A stretch of 64,000 nt of DNA from Candidatus Sericytochromatia bacterium (GTDB taxonomy: Bacteria > Cyanobacteriota > Sericytochromatia > S15B-MN24 > JAQBPE01). The stretch is from NCBI GenBank assembly GCA_035284745.1, contig JAYKIL010000015.1, positions 106-64,105 of the forward strand. Reading direction: 5' to 3'. Position numbers and translations under genes: made by a program. The notes beneath the pieces are model-generated. The model did no database searches. It had not been told where the DNA came from and saw nothing but the letters and a program-made list of their open reading frames with translations. This document shows positions 45,789 through 56,364 of this stretch, one piece after another; within the stretch, counting starts at the first letter, position 1; each line of letters begins with the position of its first letter.

Positions 45789-45814
45789 TTGGGCTCGTTG
45801 ATCGATGTGAAGGT

Positions 45815-46081
45815 CTAAAGCCCGGTTGAACCTTGGTGCTGGCCGCGCTGTAGTCTTTCGCGGGTCGGTGCCCCCATGTAGCGCAGATCCAAAATACCGG
45901 GGATGCGTCGCACAATTCCTAGATGCTCGACCCGGGAGGCCATCTGCCAGCCGCTTAGTTTCTGAGCGGGTACTGCGCTGTACGAATTGTGCTGTGCCTC
46001 TTCAAGCATCTGAGAAACGACCGAGACGATCACGGCCGCTTGTTCGTGGTTGGGGTTGCCCGCAATGCGAATTTTCATCAC
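45815..46081 (-). CDS. acyl-CoA carboxylase epsilon-subunit-like small protein
   Basis: 88 aa, starting 12 nt after the beta-subunit stop. KIRIAGNPNHEQAAVIVSVV resembles the RGNPTxEELAAL signature of AccE/PccE. Confidence 0.6.
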   Translation of the reverse strand: MMKIRIAGNPNHEQAAVIVSVVSQMLEEAQHNSYSAVPAQKLSGWQMASRVEHLGIVRRIPGILDLRYMGAPTRERLQRGQHQGSTGL

Positions 46082-46090
46082 TCGGCGCTT

Positions 46091-47665
46091 CTACAGTGGG
46101 ATGTTGCCGTGTTTTCGGGCGGGGCGCTCCACCCGTTTGCCTCGCAATGTGCGCAATGAGGTAATGAGATATTTACGGGTATCCCGCGGGTCGATCACGT
46201 CGTCTATAAAGCCACGTTCGGCGGCTACGAAGGGATTGGCGAACCGTTCACGGTATTGAGAAATTAATCCGTCGCGTTGGGTCGGTTCTTGAGCGAGTTC
46301 CTTTCGGTAAAGAATATTCACAGCACCCTCTGCTCCCATCACCGCAATCTCTGCAGTGGGCCAAGCCAAATTGACGTCTGCACGAATATGTTTAGAGCCC
46401 AGAACGTCGTATGCACCTCCGTACGCTTTGCGCACGATGACCGTCAGTTTCGGTACGGTTGCTTCACAATATGCGTATAGAAGCTTGGCACCGTGACGAA
46501 TGATTCCCCCGTGCTCTTGCTGTTTTCCGGGCAGATAGCCGGGCACGTCTTCGAATGTGACAATCGGAATATTGAAGGCATCACAGAAACGAACGAAACG
46601 GGCGCCTTTGATGGAGGCGTTAATGTCCATTGTGCCAGCCAAAACTTTCGGCTGGTTCGCGACGATTCCTACGGTGCGGCCGTCAAGCCGGGCAAACGCG
46701 GTGATGATGTTTTGTGCGAAGAGGGGCTGTACCTCAAGCAATTCAGCATCATCCACCACCAACCGAATCAGTTCGAGCATGTCATAGGGGCGATTGGATT
46801 GATCGGGAATTAGGGTCAGTAAACCTTCTTCTCGGCGATCAATCGGATCGTTGCTGGAATACGCGGGCGGATCCTCCAAATTGTTGGCGGGTAGAAACGA
46901 GAGCAAGTACCGCAGGTGCTCGAGGGCCTCATCCTCGTCCTCCGACAGAAAATGTGCCACACCGCTCACCTGATTATGCGTTGTGGCGCCCCCCAACTCT
47001 TCGAAGCTCACTTCCTCGCCCAAAACAGTTTTGACCACTTCGGGGCCGGTAATGAACATAAAGCTGGTGTCCTTCACCATCACGGTAAAGTCAGTCATGA
47101 CGGGCGAATAGACGGCGCCGCCCGCACAGGGCCCCATAATGGCTGACAATTGAGGAATGACTCCCGAGCTTTGTACATTGCGCCAAAAAATCTCGGCATA
47201 ACCACCGAGGCTCTCGACGCCCTCTTGGATGCGCGCCCCGCCGCTGTCATTGAGTCCGATACAAGGACAGCCATTGCGCAACGCAAGATCCATCACTTTG
47301 GTAATCTTCTCGGCGTAGACCTCGCCCAGAGAGCCGCCAAAGACGGTAAAGTCTTGGGCAAAGAGATAGACGGTTCTCCCGTCTACCTGCCCGTAGCCGG
47401 TGACGACCCCATCGCCAGGAATTCTTTTGTTTTCCAGGCCAAAATGATGGCAGCGGTGCACGCGGTAGCGATCCAGCTCGACGAAGGTATCCGGGTCAAG
47501 AAATCGCTCGATCCGCTCTCTGGCGGTGAGCTTACCCCGTTCATGCTGTTTTTTCTTCGCGTCGGGCCCCAGGCCGTCCAACGCCGCCTGACGTCTTTTC
47601 TCAAGTTCCGCGAGGCGTGCCTTCATGCCTGTGGCGGCGGTCCCCTGGTCGGAAGAAATGGTCAT
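46091..47665 (-). CDS. pccB: acyl-CoA (propionyl/methylmalonyl-CoA) carboxyltransferase beta subunit
   Basis: ORF open to 47749. ATG 47665 behind CAGGAG gives 524 aa. [71 protein letters not shown]. Confidence 0.93.
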   Translation of the reverse strand: MTISSDQGTAATGMKARLAELEKRRQAALDGLGPDAKKKQHERGKLTARERIERFLDPDTFVELDRYRVHRCHHFGLENKRIPGDGVVTGYGQVDGRTVYLFAQDFTVFGGSLGEVYAEKITKVMDLALRNGCPCIGLNDSGGARIQEGVESLGGYAEIFWRNVQSSGVIPQLSAIMGPCAGGAVYSPVMTDFTVMVKDTSFMFITGPEVVKTVLGEEVSFEELGGATTHNQVSGVAHFLSEDEDEALEHLRYLLSFLPANNLEDPPAYSSNDPIDRREEGLLTLIPDQSNRPYDMLELIRLVVDDAELLEVQPLFAQNIITAFARLDGRTVGIVANQPKVLAGTMDINASIKGARFVRFCDAFNIPIVTFEDVPGYLPGKQQEHGGIIRHGAKLLYAYCEATVPKLTVIVRKAYGGAYDVLGSKHIRADVNLAWPTAEIAVMGAEGAVNILYRKELAQEPTQRDGLISQYRERFANPFVAAERGFIDDVIDPRDTRKYLITSLRTLRGKRVERPARKHGNIPL

Positions 47666-47784
47666 TCCGAGAAACTCCTGTCTTACACGCGCAGATGCGT
47701 ATAATACCGCTTGATGATCGTCATTGACCAGCCGTTGCGCGTCGATCACACCCCGTTGCGCGTGACCTGGGGTACAAATGGGGG

Positions 47785-50268
47785 GTGAATGTCCCCGCGT
47801 ACACGAGCATGTCTTCTTCGCGGCCTCGCGCGTATCGTCAGCGATGCTTTCTTACGCTTCTGGTCGTGTGCACGCTTGGCGCTTGTGTTCCCGAGCCTGT
47901 GATTACAGACTCACGCCCCAGAATGCCCCTGTCCGCGCGCCCGGTGACGACCGCAGCCACGTTTGGCCCTCCGGTGTTTCCCACGCCGCGACCCCGAATA
48001 TCACCACCTCGCGATATCAGTGACAATGCCCTGGATGCGCTCCCCGAGGGCTTGGCAGCCAATCCGAATGACGGGACCTCCCAAGTTCCGGGAGTTCAGC
48101 CGGGACAGGGGTCTGGCCTGTTGCCGGGAGGACCTGGCGGTTCAGGGAGTGGTGGCGGGGGTGGAGATGGATCTGGAGGCTTGGGCGACGGGGGTGTGAC
48201 AGGGCCCACGTTGGCTGAGATTTTGAGTGAGCGTCGCTTTGAACTGCCGATTTTGGGCTTGAACGTCGTGAGCCTGCATCGGCCCAATTTGGTAGGAGAC
48301 AATGAACGGCTTGTAAGCCCCTCGGGGCTTGCGGTGGCTGGCCCTGACGATTTCTTTATCGCCGACGCAGTCGCGCATCGTATTTGGCGCAGTCGCCTGC
48401 TCGAGGTCGACGGGTCGCTGTTGCGACAATGTGAACCCTTTGCCGGTGAGGGGAGCGCCGAGTACCTCGATGGAATCGATGTGGTCGCGAAATTTAACGC
48501 CCCCCGAGGGCTGGCCCTCAGTCCGGATGGAAAATTACTGGTGACGGATACAGGGAACCACTGTATTCGGATGATCATCCCTGCGCCCGTAGAGGGGGGG
48601 GCTCAAAGGGTTTCAACCTTAGCGGGGAAAGGTGGCGTCTCTGGGTATCGAGACGACGTGGGGGCAGATGCTCTATTTGACCAGCCTTGGGGCGTGGTCA
48701 TGGATGCTGAGGGAAACGCTTACGTGTCAGAGCGGGGGAATCACTGTATCAGGAAGGTGACGCCGGCCGGTGTCGTGACAACATTCGCGGGGCAGCCGGG
48801 GGTGTCGGGGCATCGCGACGGCGATGTGCGCCTCGCCCGGTTTTCTGATCCTCGGGGGCTCGCGATGAACGCAGCGGGAGACATTTTTGTTGCTGATGCG
48901 GGGAATCATTGCCTCCGTCGCATTGCCGCCGATGGTCAGGTGAGTACCTATGCAGGGGTGCCCGGAAGCCCCGGTTTTAGGCAGGGGCTTGGCAATCAAG
49001 CCTTGTTCAATTTGCCTGTGGCTGTTGCGCTCGGCCCAGATGGCACGCTTTATGCGCTTGACTCGAATAATCGCCGGATTCGTCGAATCACAACGGATAC
49101 TGTTGTGAGTACGTATGCTGGAACCGGAGAATCAGGCATCCAGGATGCCCCTGCGCCCTATGCAACCTTTCGGGGTTTAGAGGCTGTCGCGTGGAGCTCA
49201 GAGCGCAATTTATTGGTCACCGAGTCTACCAACCGCTCGGTCCGAAACGTGCGTATTGAGCGAGTGGTGACAACGGATGTGGGCAATACAAGCCCCGGCG
49301 CACGAGACGCCCTGCTGGGGGAGGCACGCTTTCGAAGCCCCTCTGGTCTTGCGTTCGATCGCGCGGGTTTGCTGTACGTGGCAGACACTGAAAATCATAC
49401 GGTGCGTCGGATCAATCTTCTGGGTGAGGTAACCACCTTTGCCGGTCTGGCCGGTCAAGCGGGTGAGCAAAATGGAACCCGCTCGGCATCGCGTTTTCGT
49501 CGCCCCCGTCAAGTGGTGGTGGACCTCGACGGGGTGGTTTTTGTTGCTGATACAGGCAACCACTGCATTCGAAAGATTGCAACGGATGGGACGGTTACGA
49601 CCCTGGCCGGCGCCGGAGTGCCAGGAATTGTCGATGCTCAGGGAATTGCCGCCCGCTTTAATTCTCCGAGTGATCTCACCCTTGCACCGGATGGCAACCT
49701 TGTTGTCACCGACTCGGGCAATCATCGCATCCGGCTTATCACGCCGACTGGCTTGGTGACCACCTTAGCGGGCGATACGTCCCCCGGGTTGCGGGATGGG
49801 CTGGGAAATGATGCAAGGTTCTTTAAGCCGATGGGTATCGCTGTTGATCGCGCCGGACGTCTGTATGTGGCGGACCAAGGGAACCATGCCTTGCGTGTGT
49901 TGATAAGGAATGCGGACGGGAGCGTCAGTGTGCAGACGCTCTCGGGTTTCGAGGGGATTCCTGGCTATCGCGACGGCGCAGCTGCCACCGCGCAGTTTAA
50001 TGAACCAGCGGGGGTGAGCGTTGACGGGGACAACCGAATTTATATCTGCGATAAGGGAAACAGTTTGATCCGCCGTTTGGACCCGGATGGCCAGGTGCGC
50101 ACCTATGCAGGGCTTGTCACGGGCACGCCGCCTCGCCCGCGATCCGGTTTTGCCGATGGACTCGTTGCGCAAACCCTTTTCTCCGCTCCAGAATCTGTCG
50201 TCGTTGACCTATCGGGCTACGTACACGTTGTGGATACGGGCAATCATTGCCTGCGTCGCATCCATTGA
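47785..50268 (+). CDS. NHL-repeat beta-propeller lipoprotein
   Basis: 827-aa ORF with lipobox CTLGAC and a Gly/Ser-rich linker. At least 10 repeats ending in DTGNHCIR(M/K)[41 protein letters not shown] and similar. Confidence 0.88.
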   Translation: MNVPAYTSMSSSRPRAYRQRCFLTLLVVCTLGACVPEPVITDSRPRMPLSARPVTTAATFGPPVFPTPRPRISPPRDISDNALDALPEGLAANPNDGTSQVPGVQPGQGSGLLPGGPGGSGSGGGGGDGSGGLGDGGVTGPTLAEILSERRFELPILGLNVVSLHRPNLVGDNERLVSPSGLAVAGPDDFFIADAVAHRIWRSRLLEVDGSLLRQCEPFAGEGSAEYLDGIDVVAKFNAPRGLALSPDGKLLVTDTGNHCIRMIIPAPVEGGAQRVSTLAGKGGVSGYRDDVGADALFDQPWGVVMDAEGNAYVSERGNHCIRKVTPAGVVTTFAGQPGVSGHRDGDVRLARFSDPRGLAMNAAGDIFVADAGNHCLRRIAADGQVSTYAGVPGSPGFRQGLGNQALFNLPVAVALGPDGTLYALDSNNRRIRRITTDTVVSTYAGTGESGIQDAPAPYATFRGLEAVAWSSERNLLVTESTNRSVRNVRIERVVTTDVGNTSPGARDALLGEARFRSPSGLAFDRAGLLYVADTENHTVRRINLLGEVTTFAGLAGQAGEQNGTRSASRFRRPRQVVVDLDGVVFVADTGNHCIRKIATDGTVTTLAGAGVPGIVDAQGIAARFNSPSDLTLAPDGNLVVTDSGNHRIRLITPTGLVTTLAGDTSPGLRDGLGNDARFFKPMGIAVDRAGRLYVADQGNHALRVLIRNADGSVSVQTLSGFEGIPGYRDGAAATAQFNEPAGVSVDGDNRIYICDKGNSLIRRLDPDGQVRTYAGLVTGTPPRPRSGFADGLVAQTLFSAPESVVVDLSGYVHVVDTGNHCLRRIH

Positions 50269-50284
50269 CAGAATTCCCTAGCGA

Positions 50285-51304
50285 TTACAGCAGTGAGGCC
50301 AGGACAGGATTGTCTCTCACGGTGGCGATGGCATATTCCGCGTGCCCTGTTGCAAATCCGTTGCCCATCAGAAGATCCACGTCCTGACCGACGGCCTCTG
50401 CTCCCAGGGCTGCCGCTTGAAATGAGGTCGCCATACTAAAAAAGTAGACGGTGCCGCGTGGTTTGACGGCGAGGATACTGCCCATTTCGGTCCCGGGCAC
50501 ATTGACGCAGTTGATCGCCAAGTCCGCGTAATTTCCTGCGGTGGCCCCCTCAATGGCTTCTCTGACGGCCACGGCATCAGTGGCATCCACGGGGCATATT
50601 GTGACCGGACCAGGCACTTGGCGGAGTTTTGCCAAACCCACATCGCCGTATTCCAGTGCAACGACACGCCCTTGGGGACCCACCTGTTGGGCTGCAATCC
50701 AAGTACACAAGAGGCCGCTGCGTCCTCCCGCGCCAAGCACCGCGACCGTCATCCCCGGCTTGACCAGGCGATGGGCCTGAGCGGGTGCACCGCACACATC
50801 TAAAACGGATAAAACCAGGTTTTCGTCTAGATCGCCGGGCAGTCTTCCGTAGGGGCTGCATTCGAAAAGAATCGCCTCTCCTGACGCGCCGATCTGGTGT
50901 GCCGCTGGGTTCACTTCACCCAAAGAATCTAATCGTAGGGGCGTCGTCGTCAGTGAGACCAGCGTGATAATTCGTTCCCCTATTTTCAAGTCGGCGCGAT
51001 CAGAACCCACCGCCGCGACGGTTCCAATCAAGACCCCTCCGGAGCCTGTTACGGGGTTGTGCATTTTTCCTCGCTCAGTGACGATTTCGAGGATTCTTTT
51101 TTTGACAGCCTCCAGATCTCCGTTCGCCGCTTGGTGGAGTTGATAGAAACTCGCACTGTCCAAATTGAGCTTTTCCACCGCGATCAGCACCTCGGAAGGT
51201 CTGAGCGGACTGGTCAGTTCCAATCGATCGGCTTGATAAGGCAAAACGCCGCGTGGTTGTGCGGCGCGATGGACACCAAAAGGGCTTTCTGGAGAGAGTT
51301 CCAT
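50285..51304 (-). CDS. kdd: probable L-erythro-3,5-diaminohexanoate dehydrogenase (MDR-like)
   Basis: 339-aa ORF. Rossmann VAVLGAGGRSG, NPVTGSGGVLIGTV. The start lies 2 nt after the stop of the BKACE gene (TAGCCATG). The call rests largely on this pairing. Confidence 0.6.
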   Translation of the reverse strand: MELSPESPFGVHRAAQPRGVLPYQADRLELTSPLRPSEVLIAVEKLNLDSASFYQLHQAANGDLEAVKKRILEIVTERGKMHNPVTGSGGVLIGTVAAVGSDRADLKIGERIITLVSLTTTPLRLDSLGEVNPAAHQIGASGEAILFECSPYGRLPGDLDENLVLSVLDVCGAPAQAHRLVKPGMTVAVLGAGGRSGLLCTWIAAQQVGPQGRVVALEYGDVGLAKLRQVPGPVTICPVDATDAVAVREAIEGATAGNYADLAINCVNVPGTEMGSILAVKPRGTVYFFSMATSFQAAALGAEAVGQDVDLLMGNGFATGHAEYAIATVRDNPVLASLL

Positions 51305-51306
51305 GG

Positions 51307-52155
51307 CTACACCGTTTTTGTTCGCGTGGGGGGAAGGCCCAAAATATCGCGGGCCTCATCCGGGGTTGCCACCTCGCGGCCCAATTCGTTGGCGAGACGA
51401 ACGATACGCTGAACCAACTGCGCATTGCTCTTCGCGAGTTCACCTTTACGATAATAAAGATTGTCTTCGAGGCCAACCCGAACGTGTCCCCCCAGTAAGA
51501 TAGCGGCTGTGGCGAGGGGCAATTGGTGGGGGCCAACACCGGCAACAGACCAAGTACACAGAGCGGGCAGGCTGTCTATCAAGAATAGTAATTGACGCAT
51601 GCCGCCCGGCATGCCGCCCGGCACACCCAGCACGAAATCGAAATGCATAGGGTGCGATAGTTCTCCGTGTCTCGCCAAGCGCAGCGCATTGGCGATCATA
51701 CCGGCTTCAAAAACCTCTATTTCCGGCTTAATGTCTGTTTCCTTGAGCTTGCGCGCCAACGAGACCAAGAATTCCGGCGTATTCATAAATACGTCATCGC
51801 CGAAATTGACGGTGCCACAGGTAAACGAAGCCATCTCAAGGAGTTCAACAATCTCTGGGTCATTCAGCGGCGCCAAGCGCTCAGAGGGGGCGGCTGTGAC
51901 TGCCCCTCCGGTCGAAATTTGTAAGATCGGGTTCGATTCCGCTTTGATACGTCGAAAAATGTCCCTGAAAGTATCTGAGTCCTGAGTCGGTATTCCAGCC
52001 TCGGTTCTGGCGTGCAGGTGTAGAATACTTGCCCCGGCCTCAACTGCTGCCAATGCGCTGCGCGCGATTTCAACAGGGCCATAGGGAACGGCAGGATTAT
52101 CCGTCTTCATGACTTCTGCGCCCACGGGGGCGCAGGTGATAATCAGTTTGTCCAC
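51307..52155 (-). CDS. kce: beta-keto acid cleavage enzyme (3-keto-5-aminohexanoate cleavage enzyme-like, BKACE/DUF849)
   Basis: 282-aa ORF (GTG behind AAGGGGGG). LIITCAPVGAE, ILHLHAR, ISTGG, TIM-barrel-like layout. Confidence 0.82.
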   Translation of the reverse strand: MDKLIITCAPVGAEVMKTDNPAVPYGPVEIARSALAAVEAGASILHLHARTEAGIPTQDSDTFRDIFRRIKAESNPILQISTGGAVTAAPSERLAPLNDPEIVELLEMASFTCGTVNFGDDVFMNTPEFLVSLARKLKETDIKPEIEVFEAGMIANALRLARHGELSHPMHFDFVLGVPGGMPGGMRQLLFLIDSLPALCTWSVAGVGPHQLPLATAAILLGGHVRVGLEDNLYYRKGELAKSNAQLVQRIVRLANELGREVATPDEARDILGLPPTRTKTV

Positions 52156-52233
52156 AATCCCCCCTTGGTTGTCATTGAACGCCAGTGTTCAAGCGCTATG
52201 GTGCCACGTTCAACGAAGGGGTGTAAAGTCGAA

Positions 52234-52815
52234 TCAGTCAGACGGGTTGGAGATATCTGCCGATAATGAAATGGGTTTGAGAACCGGCATGCGTGTTCTG
52301 CCCCCTTTCAGTTCACGGACCAGATTGACGATGCCGGGCGCCTCTGCAATCAGGCTTGGTGCTCGCATCACATCGAACCAGACGCCGCGGAGTCGCCGAA
52401 ACAGAAATCCTCGACCGGAACCGACAGCGTGCGACGCAGCCTGCACAATCAGGGTCAGTGATGGCAGGTCGAGCCGTGCATCAATCGGATAAATGTGGTG
52501 CTTGGCCTTGAATGCCAACAGCGCTTCGTAAAAATCGGTGTCCAAGCCACCCGTGAGCGTCAGGCGTTCACCGGTGAGGCACAAACAGGCACGCAGAACA
52601 CGCTCCTCATAGGGGGCGAGTCGCGGTTCTGTTCGGCCCAGCAAGCCCAAAAACAAAGCAGGAACTTCGTCTAACGCCAAGCGGGCAGTTGCTGCATCCG
52701 GATGCGAGAACGCCCGTAAATTGAGTGTCAAGGGCGTCGACGGATCCAACACCAATTCTTCGCGTAGTTCTACCGTGGTCATACCCCAGGCCTCCATGCC
52801 TTTTCGGTCTTCCAT
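52234..52815 (-). CDS. hypothetical protein
   Basis: 193-aa ORF with a strong SD (GGAGGAGG) upstream of ATG 52815. GGLDTDFYEALLAFKAKHHIYPIDARLDLPSL is faintly PG_binding_1-like. Confidence 0.6.
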   Translation of the reverse strand: MEDRKGMEAWGMTTVELREELVLDPSTPLTLNLRAFSHPDAATARLALDEVPALFLGLLGRTEPRLAPYEERVLRACLCLTGERLTLTGGLDTDFYEALLAFKAKHHIYPIDARLDLPSLTLIVQAASHAVGSGRGFLFRRLRGVWFDVMRAPSLIAEAPGIVNLVRELKGGRTRMPVLKPISLSADISNPSD

Positions 52816-52981
52816 AACGCCCCTCCTCCATGAGGGAGCGAATCAGAACCGCGGTTCACCGTGTACCCCAAGTTATACCCACCCATCAAAGCCAAATCTC
52901 AACAAGTATTGAAGGCCCTGTTATTGTCGACCCAAAACAGCAATCAATCAAGTGATGAAGGGCGTATTTTCAGGAAAAATT

Positions 52982-54178
52982 TTAATGAGGGCGGGTCAAT
53001 CGTCGCGTGCCGCGCGTTGAGCCTGATGCTGTTGTTTTTTTTCTCGGTGGAAACAAATATCTCAGGGCTGGACCAAGTCTTCTTGCCCAGCAATCTTCGC
53101 TGTGTGTCCCTTTTGGGTCACTTAGCCACATGAGGTTGTCGTTGAGCCTGAATCCCTGCACGGTGAGCAGGTCAACCATGGAGTAGGCCACCCGGTAGAA
53201 GTCGCGCTTGGGGTGCACCCTGGCCGTCTCTAATTCTCCACAATCGAGGTAGATACGCGCCCCCGGTGGGGCGGTACTTGAGGCGATGTATCGAAAAATT
53301 TGGCTGCGGGCGAACCAGAATGCGGGCGATAAGGCGGCAACGCGCCCAAACACTAAGGGGTAGCGATACGCCGCGTACAGCGCAGTCAGTCCTCCCATCG
53401 AAGACCCTCCAACACCGGTATCTTCTGGGCCTGTTAATGTCCGATAATGAGTATCAATGTAATCCTTGAGTCCTCCGACCACCCAGCGCAAGAAGGCGTG
53501 ACCATCGCCGTCCGCTCCAAGGCGGTTGTCTTTCCACGGCGACTGTTCGCTCACACGTTTTTCATTGCCGTTGTAGACGCCCACCACAATAAGGGGCGCG
53601 AGCTCTCCTGTGCGGATGAGGTGATCGCACGTTTCGTCGACAGCCCACTCCTGATTGAAGGCGGTGGCCGAATCGAAGAGATTTTGCCCATCGAACATGT
53701 ACATCACCGGAAACCGACGGTTCGGTTCATTGTGATACCCCGGTGGTAGATACACCACGACTTCGCGTTCGCGATCCAATGCTGGGATGGCGAAAGGGCC
53801 GATGACACTGACATCCGTTTTGCGGTGCCGGGTTGGTTTCCGGGCACTGGCTTGATCGCGCCAATGGGGAATTTCCAACGATATCGTCGCGTCGCCCACC
53901 GCCATCCAACGACGGTTTTCTAGCTCTTGTCCACGGTCGTCGACCTCGACAGTGCGCCACGTTCCACGGGTTATTTTGTATTCCAGTGAAGTACCGCGGG
54001 GCAATTCCACCACCAGGCGGTACCGCCCGGCCTCTATTTCTTCAAAACGCGCTGCGGGGTCATCCGTGCGCCAATCATTCTGAGTACTCGCCAAATAGAT
54101 ACGCGCCCGGGGCGGCGTCGTGGGGGCCTTAATTTCAAAGGTGAGGCGACATTTTGAATCGAGTCTGCGCGTGACCAT
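52982..54178 (-). CDS. esterase-family alpha/beta hydrolase with N-terminal E-set/CBM-like domain
   Basis: 398-aa ORF. VVVYLPPGY, FPVMYMFDGQNLF, GVGGSSMGGLTALY (GxSxG). Confidence 0.85.
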   Translation of the reverse strand: MVTRRLDSKCRLTFEIKAPTTPPRARIYLASTQNDWRTDDPAARFEEIEAGRYRLVVELPRGTSLEYKITRGTWRTVEVDDRGQELENRRWMAVGDATISLEIPHWRDQASARKPTRHRKTDVSVIGPFAIPALDREREVVVYLPPGYHNEPNRRFPVMYMFDGQNLFDSATAFNQEWAVDETCDHLIRTGELAPLIVVGVYNGNEKRVSEQSPWKDNRLGADGDGHAFLRWVVGGLKDYIDTHYRTLTGPEDTGVGGSSMGGLTALYAAYRYPLVFGRVAALSPAFWFARSQIFRYIASSTAPPGARIYLDCGELETARVHPKRDFYRVAYSMVDLLTVQGFRLNDNLMWLSDPKGTHSEDCWARRLGPALRYLFPPRKKTTASGSTRGTRRLTRPH

Positions 54179-54321
54179 ACATTATTTCTTATCTTTGAAA
54201 GGGAAAAGAGGTCCTCGTATCATACCCAGGGCTGAAGGCCTGCGGTCTGTCGGATGACGCTTTGGCGTGCTCCTTTTATACTGAAGCGGAGCACGTAGGG
54301 TGAGGGGCAGATGGATTCGAC

Positions 54322-54735
54322 ATGCCGAGTTATTTTTTATTGAAAACGGAACCGAGTACCTACAGTATCGACGACCTTGAACGGGACGGAAAAACTGCTT
54401 GGGATGGTGTTCGCAACCACTTGGCGAAACGGCATCTTCAGGCGATGCAGGCAGGCGACCTGGCCTTGATTTATCACTCAGTGGACGAGCGTCGTGTGGT
54501 CGGTCTGGCGCGGGTGATCGGCGCAGCAAGGCCAGACCCGACAGATGCCTCCGGCAAGTTTGTGTGCGTTGATTTGGCGTTCGAACGGAGGATGCAGCGC
54601 CCCGTCACCTTGGCGGAATTTAAAGCGGCTGGATTTGACGACTTTGAATTGGTTCGGATGTCGCGTTTAAGCTGCATGCCTGTGCCGGCCGCTATCTTCG
54701 ATTGGGTTTTGGCTCAGGAATGCAAGACGCCCTGA
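54322..54735 (+). CDS. EVE (PUA-like) domain protein
   Basis: 137-aa ORF. MPSYFLLKTEPSTYSIDDLERDGKTAWDGVRNHLAKRHL...GDLALIYHS. Confidence 0.88.
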   Translation: MPSYFLLKTEPSTYSIDDLERDGKTAWDGVRNHLAKRHLQAMQAGDLALIYHSVDERRVVGLARVIGAARPDPTDASGKFVCVDLAFERRMQRPVTLAEFKAAGFDDFELVRMSRLSCMPVPAAIFDWVLAQECKTP

Positions 54736-54778
54736 GACTCATTTCATCCAGAACCCGGGGACCTCTTTGGGGGCCAAT

Positions 54779-56260
54779 TTACCGAGACCACGTAATTTGC
54801 CAGGGGCCCCATATACCATTGCGGCCTTGGGCGTGAACCCAGAGGGGTTGGCGCGATTCAGACGCCATCTCGAGTCGCGCTTGCCCTGCCTTGAGTGTGA
54901 CGGCTTTTCCAGAGCCAGGTCTGCCAGGACGTCCGAGGAAGGCTTCTGCCCGTCGAACATCCGGCGCGGCTGTCATCGTAATGGCGCCGCGCTGCCCTTG
55001 TAATTGCACGGGCGGGCCGAATGTTTGACCTGGGTTGTCTGCCACTTTCATCGCATGCAACATCATCGGTCGGTTCTCATTCCAGAATTTCGGTAGCCGT
55101 GACGAGGGAGGCATAAAACCGTCGTTCCAACCACCAATTTCAACGGTATAGGCCAAACTACCCAGCTTTGCGAAGGCCCAGTCCACGTCATCGCCGCTGT
55201 TTAGGTACATCTTGGCGCCCTGGTAAGCCTTGTAGCCGGACAGTGCGCCCAGTTGCGAACCCAACTGTGCCAGCCGTGGATCCGGGGGGGGGGCCGATTG
55301 ATGGTCCCAAGGCCACATCACCGAGTTGGCGTAGCTGTGAAAAGTGAGATATACCACCGGCTTGTGGCGGAGCAGTTGGTCACGAATCGCTTGTGTTTCG
55401 GGTTCCGAGAATGGTTTTGCGCCGCGGAAGGTGTCCGCTTCGGGGTTGCCACTGTCGCCCACAGTTCCCCACGCGATGTCGTAGTTTCGATTCAGATCGA
55501 CCCCGATCCGGCGCTTACCCCCTGTCAGGTTGTTCGCATTTTTTCTGCGGTCCACCCCTTTGACCGCGTGGATGTGTGCGTCGGGATTGACCAAGGGAAT
55601 GATCCAAAGGTCGCGGGTGTCAACCAACCCCGTCACTTCCGCATCCTGCCCATAGCTGTCGATCAGATCTTCCGCCATCTTCAAGGTGATTTCAGGCGTG
55701 ACGATTTCACGGGCGTGGTGACAACCCGCAATCGTGACATTGGGCTTTTCACCACCGCCGGTATTCAGGTGCAAGGCCCAAATTTCACGTTCAGCAATTC
55801 CTTGGGTCTTTTCCCAAGAGTCACCAATATCCACCATTTGGACAAATTCGGGATGCTTGGCCTGCAATTCTTTCATGCGTGACACAATTTGGTCGTAGTC
55901 TCGGTATCCCTTGTCTGCACGCAGGACGGTTTGACGAATCGGCCACTCGACCTCCATGCCAAGCTGCTCAGCCAGTTTGGCTTGGGATTCATTCAGCTTT
56001 ACTTTCGCGCGGCGTTGCGCAATGTCTACCGACCAGATGTCCACGCCAGCCGAGGCCAATTTGGTCAGGCGATCACGGTCCTTATAAAACAGGATGGCTT
56101 CCCGCCCTTCGGTGCTCGAAGAGAAGGTCACCGCAGAAAAGCCCCGCATCGTTTCACGGGCCACGGGCAGACGCCCCGTCGCCCCGCATCCAGCCAAGGC
56201 CACGGTGAAGGTAGACAACAGCAGTGCCGCATGGAGTGCGATGCGAGAGGTGGACTTCAC
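54779..56260 (-). CDS. M14 zinc carboxypeptidase lipoprotein (paralog of 16469..17770)
   Basis: 493-aa ORF with lipobox VALAGC. IAGCHHAREIVTPE, LVNPDAH, VDLNRNY, LTFHSYANSVMWPW. Confidence 0.9.
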   Translation of the reverse strand: MKSTSRIALHAALLLSTFTVALAGCGATGRLPVARETMRGFSAVTFSSSTEGREAILFYKDRDRLTKLASAGVDIWSVDIAQRRAKVKLNESQAKLAEQLGMEVEWPIRQTVLRADKGYRDYDQIVSRMKELQAKHPEFVQMVDIGDSWEKTQGIAEREIWALHLNTGGGEKPNVTIAGCHHAREIVTPEITLKMAEDLIDSYGQDAEVTGLVDTRDLWIIPLVNPDAHIHAVKGVDRRKNANNLTGGKRRIGVDLNRNYDIAWGTVGDSGNPEADTFRGAKPFSEPETQAIRDQLLRHKPVVYLTFHSYANSVMWPWDHQSAPPPDPRLAQLGSQLGALSGYKAYQGAKMYLNSGDDVDWAFAKLGSLAYTVEIGGWNDGFMPPSSRLPKFWNENRPMMLHAMKVADNPGQTFGPPVQLQGQRGAITMTAAPDVRRAEAFLGRPGRPGSGKAVTLKAGQARLEMASESRQPLWVHAQGRNGIWGPWQITWSR

Positions 56261-56364
56261 AGTGTGCTCCTTTGCATTTTGGTCACCGCTTGATTGTAGC
56301 TTAAACAGGGCTTAACTTGCTAGCGGGGAAGGTTTTTTTGATCACCCAGGTCTTGTCCGTGTGT

